NCBI GenBank assembly: GCA_001643675.2
Contig: LSRY02000059.1
Location: forward strand, 124,001-188,000
Direction of reading: 5' to 3'
Length of the DNA: 64,000 nt
DNA from: Monocercomonoides exilis PA203
Lineage: Eukaryota; Protista; Preaxostyla
Shown: positions 1 to 11,029 of the stretch, piece by piece
How positions within the stretch are numbered: position 1 is the first letter of the stretch
Layout: each line of letters starts with the position of its first letter
Notes under the pieces: model-generated
Database searches by the model: none
What the model was told of the DNA's origin: nothing
The model's input: only the letters and a program-made list of their open reading frames with translations
Position numbers and translations under genes: made by a program

Positions 1-1
1 C

Positions 2-3000
2 TTTGTGGATCTCCATCGCCCTGCTTTTGAAAGACGCCCGTTTTGCTTCCTTGAAGCACGCTATCCAATCCGATCGCTGACACCCTTAGTAAACAGAGAC
101 GCACCTTCCGCAAAAAGAGGCATTGGAGCGAAAGGAGGTCATCTCGATGCAGTCGCAGGACGATCAGAAAATGAAAAATGTCAGGTGCACTTCCAAAATG
201 GCTTCCATAATGCTTCTTTGAATAGTGATGATCCAAGTTTCTTGACATCTGGCTCGGATTCTTCTCAAACGGACAGAAGTTCTTCAATGTGTAATACCGC
301 TGCATCTGATCAGATGAATGCTTCATCAATCATTTTAACTGTTACACCTCCGATTGCCTCGCCAATCTGGCTTTTCAAAAGATTGAAACAATCTTTCAGT
401 GCTAAACAACAGCGAAATCCACAAACCACCCCAAATACGCATAAATCAAATAAATATCCTTCTTCTTTGGCAGCCAATCAAATTCCTTCGGGTGGAAAAG
501 AAATAAAATTTAATCATTTTCTTTCTGTGCCAATTTCAGTGCCATCTTCTGCAAAAGAGAACAGCAGTTCAGATGGAGCAGACGATAAAGAAGATATTCA
601 GACTTCAACAACAACAGAACGTAATCATATTCATCCAGCCCAACACTCTTCAGTCACTCCTTCTGAAACGCCTTCGTCTCTTTCCTCGTCGCTGGACACG
701 CCTTCCTCTGGTCTTTCTCCATCTCCTTCTTCAGCAGCATCGTCGCAATCACCTTCAAATTTGCCAATGGCTTCATTTGCTCGACCAATCCATGAGCCAA
801 TGCACCGTCAGACGTTGTCTCATCATCTTCAGCCTGATGAAATGTTCAACAGAAGCTTTTCTCGCAGATTAGAAGTGGTCAGCCCAAGACAGCTTCAACG
901 AAGACAATTGGTTTTGTCTCGCCCATCTGAGAATGAAAGCAATTTGCGCATTGAATTTGCTGATATTTCCAGAGAACATTCAAAAAGAAAACGGGATGAC
1001 AGCAATCATCATCAACATGGACATCACCATAACAGTCAGCATCCGCATTTGCATGGACAAGAAGGCTCGCCAAAAAGAGGACTTGCAGAAAGATTCAACT
1101 ACAGCTGTGCAACCATCGCATATCCGCCTCGTCCACCATCGCTTACGGTAAATAAAGGAAAAGAACAAAGCACACAGGTGCATTCTTTAAAAGCACCTCA
1201 ACCTGTTCAAGTGCCAACTTCACCACTAGCAGCATTGGAAGCGTCTGCAACATCGACAATCTCAACAGGGCAGCCAAATAATGAAGCCAGAACTCAAGGA
1301 GATCCAACAAGCATAGCAAGTCCAATGCAAGCAGAGCAAAGTGCTGTTCATTCATCAGCAGAAATCTCAGTACAGCCAAATGTTGGTCTGGAGCAGTCAG
1401 TTGCATCAATTCTTCCTCACTCATTGACTCAAGCAGCTGATTCATCGTTTCTGCTACCATCTGTTTATTCCTCTGTTTCTGAGGGAATGGCTGGATCTGC
1501 TCATCACTTTACAAATCTTGTGCAGCAAGCTGGTGCTTGTGCTCTTCCATTGTCTGAACAGCATATTCCATCGCTTTCTTCAGCACATGAATTTAATGGG
1601 ACTGAATCTCCCAATCTGAATGTCGACTATGCCTCTTCCATCCCGTTGGAGAAAGCCTTCGCATTGAATGGCTCTTCGACTGGTTGGTGGAACCGCCCTG
1701 AATGTTTGGAGGAAGCCCTTCAAACGCTTCCTGGGTGGAGGAAACTGCCTCCGTTGTATGTTGCAGCAGAGGTGGAGTATGACGGTGTTGTTGTGTATGA
1801 AGTGTACCGTCAGCGTGCTGCTCTGCCAACTAACACCTCGTATGTCCCCACTCATCAGTTAGCTGAGTTCGAAGAGTCTCGCAAAATGTCTTCTTTTCAT
1901 AAACAGCTCAATTCTCATTTTGATGCTTCAAGCACACAACATCCCAGTGCCTCTTCAGCCAGTCCCCCACACCCAGCAATCATCCATCCTCCTGCTACTT
2001 TTGCTCCATCGTTGAACTCAGCTCAAAAAAGTTCTATAAGATCGAAAAACTTGTTTCTTTTGTCTCGAATGAGAACATACCTCACCCCGCCGTATGTGCT
2101 GAAAGCCTGTGTGCGCAATTGTTCAGTGGAACCAACAATTTCTCATTCATCATCTTCATCTTCGCTTCCTTTATCCAAAGCACATTCATCCTTACAGAAA
2201 GTTCGCCTTTCACTCAGGACGAGTCTGGAGTATGTTGCGCAGTATGACTCCCATCCGTTGCTCACCTCTCTCTTCCCCTTCTTTGAAGACCACCTCAATC
2301 CTTTTGCAGAAACAGAGTGGTATTACTTTGTGGGTTCGCGCCCTGTTGCCAAGGATTACACAGCCAGGCGCTTGATGGGTGTTTCTGCGATGGAATCGGG
2401 AATGATTGCAATCTCCGAAACAGACGGAACAACCACGTTTGCAAAGATGCCTCTTCAAATGCATTCGGGTGTGAGATTTTGGATCGAGGAAAGACTGAGA
2501 TATTTGCGATGGAAGGAGAAAAAAGAAAAGATCAGCAAAAGAAAAGACAGAAAGATTACTAAAAAACGCAACTCTCATGTTATGTTAGACAGCTGCAGCT
2601 GTTCGGAACTTGATGAATTTGATGACAGCAGTTTCAGCGAAGAATCAAGCGAATCAGAGGACGAAAGCGAAGATAGCGAAGAAAAAGATGATCAGCTATT
2701 TTACCTCAGAAACGAAGGAATTGTGTCAGAAAAGGATACCGTTCCGTGTTTCTGTCCGCGCTGCATGCGAACCCCTCGGCTGTACACTGACCGAGTGTCA
2801 GGTGCTGCAAGGAGCCATCGATCTACACTCTCAAGCGCTGCTGGCAAGGCAATGAACTCGTTTGTCGACGACGAAACGGAAGAGCATCTGTTGCGTTCTC
2901 TTCGTGTCGAAAGTGGAGTCTTTGAAGATTTCATGGAGCTAACAAATAGCTCGTCTCAGGAGCTCCACAATCTTGTTACTCTTGTTCCTATCACAAACTT

Positions 3001-3604
3001 CAAAACAAACAGCATCACAGTCAAAATACATTCAATTGAGCCTCAAATTGGAAGTGAATTGCTTCCTGTTCCACCGGCATCACATAACGACACAATGTCC
3101 ATCCAACGCCCGACGCTCTGCCAGCACACCCTTCGATTTGCCTTCTCCCGTTTGAGTCGTCTTCCTCTTCTTTTCGTCTCTTTGGATGGAGCAGTGCGTC
3201 TAGCTTCTCCGTGCAGCAGCTCAACACACCGCTCTTTTGCAGCAATGCAAGTTCAAACAATAAACAACCTCCTTCGCGATCTCTTTCCTCGAACACACCT
3301 GCAGCATCAGCAGCAACACCAGAAAGAGAGCACTTCTGATTCTCCTCAGTCATCTCCGCTCCGCCGTCTTGCTGAAAGAATCCAGTCGCCTGAGTTGCTG
3401 TTCGATATCGCACAGAGAGAGCTTGACGAGCAGGAGCAGAAGTCAGCAAATGCCAATCTTTTAACCTTAGCCACAGCTCGCTCCGCATCTGATCCCTTCA
3501 AAACGATTTCTCAGCCTCCACCTTTCCACTTTTCTTTGGGTTCGTGTCAGATTCCTCGGGTTATCATTGATGAAGAGTCTTGTGGCAAAAGCAATTTTTC
3601 ATAA
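2..3604 (+). CDS. Large hypothetical Ser/Pro/His-rich protein, 5' end probably outside the window
   Basis: The reading frame is open from the window edge to TAA at 3602-3604 (~1200 codons) with coding-like composition. It is mostly low complexity, with a Lys-rich and an acidic patch. No family recognised. Confidence 0.7.
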   Translation, partial: FVDLHRPAFERRPFCFLEARYPIRSLTPLVNRDAPSAKRGIGAKGGHLDAVAGRSENEKCQVHFQNGFHNASLNSDDPSFLTSGSDSSQTDRSSSMCNTAASDQMNASSIILTVTPPIASPIWLFKRLKQSFSAKQQRNPQTTPNTHKSNKYPSSLAANQIPSGGKEIKFNHFLSVPISVPSSAKENSSSDGADDKEDIQTSTTTERNHIHPAQHSSVTPSETPSSLSSSLDTPSSGLSPSPSSAASSQSPSNLPMASFARPIHEPMHRQTLSHHLQPDEMFNRSFSRRLEVVSPRQLQRRQLVLSRPSENESNLRIEFADISREHSKRKRDDSNHHQHGHHHNSQHPHLHGQEGSPKRGLAERFNYSCATIAYPPRPPSLTVNKGKEQSTQVHSLKAPQPVQVPTSPLAALEASATSTISTGQPNNEARTQGDPTSIASPMQAEQSAVHSSAEISVQPNVGLEQSVASILPHSLTQAADSSFLLPSVYSSVSEGMAGSAHHFTNLVQQAGACALPLSEQHIPSLSSAHEFNGTESPNLNVDYASSIPLEKAFALNGSSTGWWNRPECLEEALQTLPGWRKLPPLYVAAEVEYDGVVVYEVYRQRAALPTNTSYVPTHQLAEFEESRKMSSFHKQLNSHFDASSTQHPSASSASPPHPAIIHPPATFAPSLNSAQKSSIRSKNLFLLSRMRTYLTPPYVLKACVRNCSVEPTISHSSSSSSLPLSKAHSSLQKVRLSLRTSLEYVAQYDSHPLLTSLFPFFEDHLNPFAETEWYYFVGSRPVAKDYTARRLMGVSAMESGMIAISETDGTTTFAKMPLQMHSGVRFWIEERLRYLRWKEKKEKISKRKDRKITKKRNSHVMLDSCSCSELDEFDDSSFSEESSESEDESEDSEEKDDQLFYLRNEGIVSEKDTVPCFCPRCMRTPRLYTDRVSGAARSHRSTLSSAAGKAMNSFVDDETEEHLLRSLRVESGVFEDFMELTNSSSQELHNLVTLVPITNFKTNSITVKIHSIEPQIGSELLPVPPASHNDTMSIQRPTLCQHTLRFAFSRLSRLPLLFVSLDGAVRLASPCSSSTHRSFAAMQVQTINNLLRDLFPRTHLQHQQQHQKESTSDSPQSSPLRRLAERIQSPELLFDIAQRELDEQEQKSANANLLTLATARSASDPFKTISQPPPFHFSLGSCQIPRVIIDEESCGKSNFS

Positions 3605-3831
3605 ATATGTGCATACTTTACTCGAAATGAATCGTGCTGCTTGTTAGTGTTGTAAATTAATAATAATTGTTATATAATCATTTCATTATTATGTAATTTG
3701 TTTTTGATTTGCTAAAATAGAAAATGTTATCCGCATGAATCACAGCATTGATGTGTTGACAGATATATGATATACAGAAAAAACTCTTTTTGAAATGAAG
3801 AGACAAAAAAAACAAGTCAATGTGAATGTTT

Positions 3832-4546
3832 TTATTTTCTTCCCTATGAAAAAGAAACATAAGATACATAAGATAAATGGAACAAATTTTCAAAGAAAAA
3901 ATGCAAACTTCGACGTATACGCTAGATTTGTGAATAAACAAATTAATTTTTCACAAATATATTTATTTGTAAGTTTTAAAAAAAATTTCAAACATATGCC
4001 ATCCGTGAACAGTTTTAAATGGAGCACTTCTTTGTCCTACAGGAGTTGAAAAAGCGACCTCTTCAAAGGGTCCTGCCATTGCACCTCTTGGGAACCATCC
4101 AAGATCGCCTTTTGAAAAATGAATTGAGAATGTTACAAATTGCAAAATATTTCAAAACATTTCAAAAGAAAAGCAAAACCTCCATGTCTTGCTTTATCTT
4201 CTGAGTAATCTTTCGCCACATCTGGAAAGTTTTTTCCGGATTCTAGTTCTAATTATAAAGAAAATTATTCACAAAAGAAATTTTTGAAATAAAGTTGAAA
4301 ACCAGCCAAAGCTTGAAGAATCTTCGATTGTTTTTCACACAAAATATGGCGTGCGTGAACTTGTTGTGTTCATTATTTTTTTAAATTTTAAAAAATGATT
4401 GAAAAAGCAATGCATTTAAAAATAACAAAAAAAATTTATGATTCAATAAAAATGTTAACACCATGAGTACATGGGGAAAGTCCTTTATCACTTGATATTG
4501 CTTTTGATTCTTTTTTTCCACTTCCTTTTGAACCTCTTTTACTCAT
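3832..4546 (-). CDS. PIN4: Parvulin-type peptidyl-prolyl cis-trans isomerase (Pin4/Par14), 6 exons, 116 aa
   Basis: Manually spliced exons 4546-4462, 4359-4303, 4248-4180, 4108-3994, 3921-3909 and 3843-3832 (all GT-AG, 351 nt) give MSKRGSKGSGKK...[62 protein letters not shown]...FKTVHGWHIVYVEGRK*. This matches the Par14 motifs RHILCEK, YSEDKAR.GGDLGW and VEGRK. Confidence 0.95.
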
Positions 4547-4622
4547 TTTTTCAAAAAAATATCTTTTTTTGATCCATACCCTGAATATAAATTTCAATCA
4601 ATATAGTTGAAGTGTTTTTTAA

Positions 4623-4647
4623 TCGAAAGTTCAAGCTAAACTTTCGA
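4623..4647. promoter_or_regulatory. Inverted repeat centred in the 174-bp divergent intergenic region (candidate bidirectional promoter element)
   Basis: TCGAAAGTT-N7-AACTTTCGA, a perfect 9-bp arm pair, lies midway between the ATGs at 4546 (-) and 4721 (+). Confidence 0.3.
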
Positions 4648-4720
4648 CTTTTTCTTTTGTTTTATCATCTTTTATTTTCACTTCAAGTTGTTGCATATCG
4701 GTATTATTTTGAGCTTTTCG

Positions 4721-5235
4721 ATGGAAACATCAAATCCATCTCAAGGGAATGAAGATGATTTATTAATGAAAGTGAATGTGATTCATTTAAAGAAAATTGC
4801 TGATATAACTCTGCCTTGCAACGCAACACTTCTTGATTTAAAGATGGCAATTGCGTCATATCTTGGGCATTTTTCTGGTATGTTTTTATAATTTCAAATT
4901 TTTTAAAATAGCATATGTTCCAACAAATCTTGTTCAGAATATTTTGTTCCTACATGTTCTCAATTATTATTTTCATTTGAAGGAAGATATCTTCGATTTG
5001 ATGAAAAAGCTCTGAAAGAATATGGTATTGATAATCGTAATAATCAAGTCTCACTTCATACCGGTATTCCACGGAAAATGAAAAAGCATTCATGTTCTTG
5101 CTGCTCCTCAGGAAAATCTCTGGATCTTGTTGCTGATTCTCAAATGGATTCAACTCCCAACGCTGCATTTGGGGTTGAATGAGTATTTTATCTGTTAATG
5201 TTTTCTGTTAGATTACTCGTTGTGTTTTTCGTTGA
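4721..5235 (+). CDS. Small protein with a putative ubiquitin-like fold; exon structure uncertain
   Basis: Exon 4721-4877 (MKVNVIHLKK..ITLPCNATLLDLKMAIASYLG) joins through a GT-AG intron (4878-4982) to GRYLRFDEKALKEYGI, resembling Ubl TV..LK..I and G+.L.D...L..YGI motifs. It ends at 5182, or at 5235 if 5174-5211 is an intron. Confidence 0.45.
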
Positions 5236-5607
5236 TGATGGAAAGTATGTTTTTATTAATATCACAGTTTTGCTCTCATTTATTAAAACCAGTTAGGCAT
5301 ATGTTCCGTGAATCCCAATGTCAAAAAATTTTTTTTATTTGAAAACAAGAATGATGCTAAAACATTTTTGAATTTTTCCAAAAAAGAAGTTTTTAAAAGA
5401 CAGTTTTTCCCACAAAAAATCTTTCAGCAGAAATAGAAATGATTGATTAATAAGTGCACAACAATAAATATCATGCAAAATCGTTTTTTCGGAATCAAAA
5501 CGTTTTCTCACAAAAGAATATTTTCTTTCAGTGATCACAAAATAATTTGTTCTTGAAAAACAGAGTTTAATTTTTTTGTTCTGGTTACATCGTTCTTCTT
5601 TTGAGAG

Positions 5608-8600
5608 ATGACAGAACAAGGTGCAATCACAGAGCAGCAGCCAGAACTTGCACAACAAATTTCTGAATGCAGGGAAAGAGGAAATGATTTATATAGACAA
5701 CAAAATTTTGAAAAAGCAGTTGAAGTGTATTCAGAAGGACTCAATCTCGATTCTCATTCAATTCCACTTTTGGTGAATCGTGCGCTTGCAGAAATAAAAT
5801 TGCATAAATTTACAAATGCTGTTCGAGATTGTACAGATGCTTTATTCCTTGATAGAACAAACGTGAAAGCACTTGTCCGACGAGCAATGGCATGGCGTGG
5901 AAAGCATAAGCCTCAATTTGCCCTTGATGATTTGAAGCAAGCTTCAAAGCAAGCTCCGAATAATATGGAAATTCAGCGACTGTTGAGAACAGTTGAACAA
6001 GAAATAGCAAATCAGCAGCAAGAAGAGGAAACCGTAAAGCAACTACTTGTAAATGAAACTCCAGAAACAAAGATTTTACGTGAATTACAAGAAGAGCTAC
6101 CGCAAATGAGCGGAAAGCATCTTCGGCGTGGACTTTGGGCAGCCTGTGATCTTCTTTCAACTGATAAAAACAGAATATTTTTTAGAGCTATAAATGGTTT
6201 GCAAACGCTTCAAAGGTGCTTCGATAAGTGCCCCTTTGGATCTTTAACTACATTAACAGCGGCTGCCCAAGATGCTTCGTCAGCAGCTCAAGTGGCTACA
6301 GTTATGAATTTTCAGTCATTGTTGAATATTTTGAGGAAAGAACGGTGCACAGTTGAAGGAGATGGGGATCAAATTGTTGCATGTGCTCGTTTAATGAATG
6401 TGTGCTGTTCAAAGGAAGCGTTTCGTCAACAATTGTCAATGCAAATGTCACTTCAACTTGTTCAATCTCTTTTATGCCTCGTTCGACGCAACACGCCAAC
6501 TCTTTGTGGCGAAATTGACAAAAAAGCAGGAGCTTTTCCAGCAACTTCTTCGCCTTCTCCTGTCAGTACGTTTCAGTCTTCTTTATTTTCAAATCAATAC
6601 TCTTCAGCATCTCACACTTCATCAGCAATGCATTCCTTCCTCTCTTCATCTTCTGCTTCAGCGTCGGGATCATCATCATCTTCTTCTTCTTCTCAGCCTC
6701 TTTCATCTGCCTCTCAATCGCAACTGTCCTTTTTGTTTCGATGCCCTGTCAATATGTATGGCTCTCCAACTTTCTCTTTTGCTGCTGTTCCTTTCGCTCT
6801 TTCTGCGCTTGTTTCTCTTTCTGCTGATTCAAACTTTTCACTCGCTTTTCTCAACTGTGTCAAGGCAGACTCTTCTTCTTCTCCATCTCTCAAATCAGCA
6901 ACATCCACAAGCTCTGACAGCGACTCATCTTCAAATGCATCCTCCACGACCACTTCCTCTGCTAATTCCACATCACTCACAACAACATCACAGCAACCTT
7001 CTCCTTCAATTGTCACTATTTTAGCACCTCTTCTGCAGTCACGCTCTTTCATTCTTTCACTTCTCACTTCATCTCTTTTCCTCCATCTTTCAAAAGATCC
7101 CCAGTTCCGCCCTGAGATTCTTCGAATTGCTCCTTCGATGCTTTCGTTTTTGTCTAATGGTCTCAATCAGCTCATGTCAATCATCTCATTCGTCAAAGAA
7201 AACGCAATGATGAATCCCTTCTCCACTTCAACACCTTCAAATTTCTCTCCTTCTCAGCTCCCTTCTTCGACTTCGTCGTTTTCAAATGCATCTTCTTCGT
7301 CTGGTTCGTTTTCTTCTCCATCACCAAACTCCATGGGCTTCGGTTCTGGGCCTACTGGCTCTGTCACGCCACGCGGAGTGCAAATACGATCACACCCTGC
7401 CTCGTCTGCAGTTGCCTCTCACATCGACGCTCTCTCTTCTGTGTATGGCACCCCTGGCTCTAATCAAGGAAAAGGGGCAGACAGTTTGCATTTATCTTTT
7501 CTTTGTTTAACATAATTCATATTCTTATTCAACATGTATTATTATTATTATAACTCTTACAATTGTTTTGTGTGTGAATCAATAATTGAATGATGAATAA
7601 ATCAAATCACATATCAAACATTTATGTTTGCAGGACGACCATCACCTGGAATTCGGCATGCTTCTGTTGGAGGTGGAGCCTCAGTTCCTCCTCGTCCGTC
7701 GTCTGCGTCTTCAGCCTATGGCGGCTCTCAGACAGGAGCAGGCACTCTTTTGGTTGCGTCCACTTGTGCTGCGTTTGAGCACAGGGCGTCTACAACAGGA
7801 CTTGTGTGGACACACGTCTCAGCAGCAGTGCCAAGCTGTTGGGAGGAAGAGATGGACAGATGCGGTTGGCGCGACACCTCCACACACAAAGAAGAGCGCG
7901 TGGTGGCTGCTGCTGATGGAGGCTTTTCCATTTGGCAGCTGATGAATGCTGCTGAACAAGGCGAGTTTGCTGAACGGTCAACGTCAATCTGCAACATTAT
8001 GGCTGCTCTCGGAAATACAGCGCTCCTCCAGTCGTCACTTCCGAAGCTTCATCAGCTGGGCATCCTGAATGCAATGATGCCGGCTCTTGTGTCACCCACA
8101 TTCATTCCTCAAATACATCCTGCACCAAACACGGCACAGCCCAACTCCACCTCTTCCCCTGGCTCAGCAGCAGGTACAGCGTTTGTCCCAACAATTCTTC
8201 CATATGCCGTCTCTTCTTCTGCTCTTGCCCTGCTTGCACGGCTTGCTGGGCATCCGCCAGTCGCTGAGGAAATGCCAGTTGCTCTTCTTCCAGTTCTTTT
8301 GCATGGATTGACTTCACCACCGCCAACAAGAGCCCATTCGGCACACATCATTGCTCTCTTTACGCGACATGTTCAGGCTGGAATATTACCGCTCATTCGT
8401 TTCCCCACCGCTTTTAGTCGCCTTTCACAAGTTGTTCGTGAAGGAAAAGACGACGAAGCAGGAAATGCTGCTGTTGCCCTGGCTGAGTGCGCGAAAGAAA
8501 AGGAAAGTTATTCTATTCTCAGAGAGTCTGGATGCCTCGAGTCTCTTGTTCATTCGATGCAGACAAGAAGCGGACACACTCAAAGAAATGCAGCCATTGC

Positions 8601-8700
8601 TCTTGCACGTGCCTCCCAAGACCCGCTTAATCTTCAGCGAGTGCGTACATTGCACGGAATTGAGCTGATGCACATGGTTAAAACAACAGAGCAAACATGA
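5608..8700 (+). CDS. TTC12: TPR + armadillo repeat protein, TTC12-like (axonemal dynein assembly factor); intron 7484-7633
   Basis: Three N-terminal TPRs (RERGNDLYRQQNFEKAVEVYSEGL...NRALAEIKL...KALVRRAMA) and a C-terminal ARM region ending GNAAVALAEC...QRNAAIALAR...VRTLHGIELM, like the TTC12 C-terminus. The two ORFs join in frame via GTTTGC...TTTGCAG. Confidence 0.75.
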
Positions 8701-8880
8701 TTTTTTTTCAATAAATTTGCTTTTTTAATTTCTATTTCAGCAATTTGACAGTACTTAAAACATTTTTTTTATAATTATTATTTTTCAAAAATAACTTAAC
8801 ATTTGAATTTTATGAATGAAAAAAGAAAATTAATTCATAATTGAAAAAAATCACATGATTATCACATGTGTTGTGCAGAA

Positions 8881-10276
8881 GGAAACAATACACCACAACC
8901 CAAATCCATCTTATTTGTGTTCTTTATGCTTTATTGTGTTGTTTAATAACTATTTCGGCAAATGCCAACTCCAGGCTTTGAAAAAATAAAAAAACAGAAT
9001 TTATTGTGGAATTTTTCATTATTTAGGTCCAAAATGTTAATGAAAAATAGATATTTATCACAATTCAAACTTGGATGCATCCGCTCCATCGCCAGCTCCC
9101 AAAGAATCAGATTCATCTTCAGTTTCTTCATCATTTTCGTTTGAAACCTGTTCGTCACTATCGTCAGATTCTTCGGTTTCATCTTTTTCGGTTTCATCAA
9201 TAACTTTTTCATTATTAACGAGCTTATGAACAAGCAATTTTTGAACGAAGTCTTCAAATTCAAGTGTCTCTGATCTTTTTTCAACAAAGCGAGTCACAAA
9301 GTCATCAATGAGATTTTCTTTAATACAATTTTTTGAAAGAGATTTAGAAAAACTTGACCAAGTGCTTTCAATCAAATTTGTTCAAATGCCACTTTCTGGA
9401 TCCACAAAAATGTATTTGTGACAAACAGCGCAATGATCATAACCAAAGGATGATAAAGAGCTGTCGGCTTTCCACTCATCTGAGTAAATAGTTGATCCTG
9501 GAATTGTGATATCTTCGATTATTCGTATTTTTGTCTCTTTTTTTCTGTTTTTCACTCTCACAATCAAACATTTCCCTTTCTTTCTATCATGTTTTCTTTC
9601 TGTCATTCCAAATAACCATATCTGTTTCTTTCTTCTTCCTTTTCTCAACTTTCTTTTTCGTAGAATTGCTTCATCTGTTTCGATTGTTATTCCAGGATCA
9701 CAAAGCTTTTCAAAAGATGTTGAACAGCAATCAATCATGCGTGCTCTTCCAATGGAACGAAAACACACAACAGTTTGTCTTGTTTCATCAATTAGCAAAC
9801 TTTCTGAGATATTTCTATATTTTCCAGAAACACAAAAATATCATCATTTTTTCCTCCGTAGGCATTTCTGAATATTTCCAAGGAGGAACATTTATGAATG
9901 AGCACTATCTCCAGCATCTGAAATACATGTAATTTCTGCAATTGTCTCTAGCTTCAATGGAAAAAAATTTCCTTCTCTTTGGGCATCTTATGTTCACTGC
10001 GAATGGCTTAATCCTCATTATCCAATTCCATGTCGCTTCATTGTCTTGGAATAATTTTGTTTTTTTGAAAATTTTTTTGATTTGCGATCTGGAAGGAGAA
10101 ACATCAATGTGAACAAAATTGATACATCTCATAAAAAAGTTGATATTTTCCCAAATTTTTTAGTTATAATATTTCTTAAATTCCCGGAGGTTTGAAATGA
10201 TAAATTTTTTTTGAAAATGAACAATAAGTGATAAATACTGGAAAATATAGGTTTTGAATTGTGCTGTATTGTTTCC
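8881..10276 (-). mobile_element. Merlin (IS1595/ISXO2-like) DNA transposon, inactive
   Basis: Imperfect ~27-bp TIRs starting GGAAACAATACA (8881-8907 and the reverse complement at 10250-10276) enclose a disrupted ISXO2-type DDE transposase. No clear TSD. Confidence 0.85.
9058..10132 (-). pseudogene. Merlin/ISXO2-like DDE transposase pseudogene
   Basis: Motifs IETDE..LRKRK.RKGR...WLFG.TER, PGSTIYSDEW, GYDH..V.H...FVDP.SG.*TN.IESTW and an N-terminal C-P/FRC Zn-ribbon remnant. Broken by stops at 9905-9907 and 9382-9384 and a frameshift near 9860. Confidence 0.85.
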
Positions 10277-10281
10277 ATTTA

Positions 10282-10679
10282 CAGTGTTAATAATGGTGGA
10301 CACATTCAATAACTGTGGACAGTTGCATTATCTCAACAACTATTGATAGTTGCATTTCGACAATAAGCCCAATTATTCTCTCATTGAATACAAACTTGTG
10401 AGTCATACAAAAATGAAACAACTTGCTACCAAGAACAAAGAAAGAAACTATTTAAATATTCGGAGAAACTCGGAGAAATGAGATTCTCCGAGTTTATCCG
10501 AAAATGGAAAATTATTTTTATTTTATTTCATTGTGTTGGATAAGTTAAGCAAACGATTCAAATAAGTTAGTATTCAATGAGAAAATTATTGCGCATATTG
10601 TCGAAATGCAACTATCAATAGTTGTTGAGATAATGCAACTGTCCAAAGTTATTGAATGCGTCCACCATTATTAACACTA
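10282..10679. mobile_element. Non-autonomous foldback element/MITE (~400 bp, ~110-bp TIRs), probably Tc1/mariner-derived
   Basis: 10283-10397 is a near-perfect reverse complement of 10564-10678 (AGTGTTAATAATGGTGGAC...GTCCACCATTATTAACACT). The left end reads TA|CAGTG as in Tc1; the right terminal bases are degenerate. No coding capacity. Confidence 0.8.
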
Positions 10680-11029
10680 ACTATAAATGAGAAATTAACT
10701 GATAATCACAATAAAACTTTAACAAATTTTATTTTGACAAATATTGTTCGAGTCAAATACAGTTGATTTCAGTTGATCATTAAAACCTTTTAAAAGTATT
10801 TGTGAAAAACTATGCACTTGACGTCAATGAACAAACAATCATATTTATAAATAACAACATTTCAAAATGAACATACTTTTTCAATTCAGCCTAAATGTGT
10901 TGCAATCAACTTGATAAATCCAGTTGAAAAAATTGAAAAATCAAAAAGATTTCTTTTCAAAACAGAAGAAAAGAAAAAGAAACAGATTTTCAAACATGAA
11001 GGCATGTTGATTCAAAATTTCACAACATA

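Noticed and set aside
10818-10827. Perfect CRE-like palindrome TTGACGTCAA upstream of copy A
   Set aside because: Not present upstream of copy B, and a single 10-mer can occur by chance.
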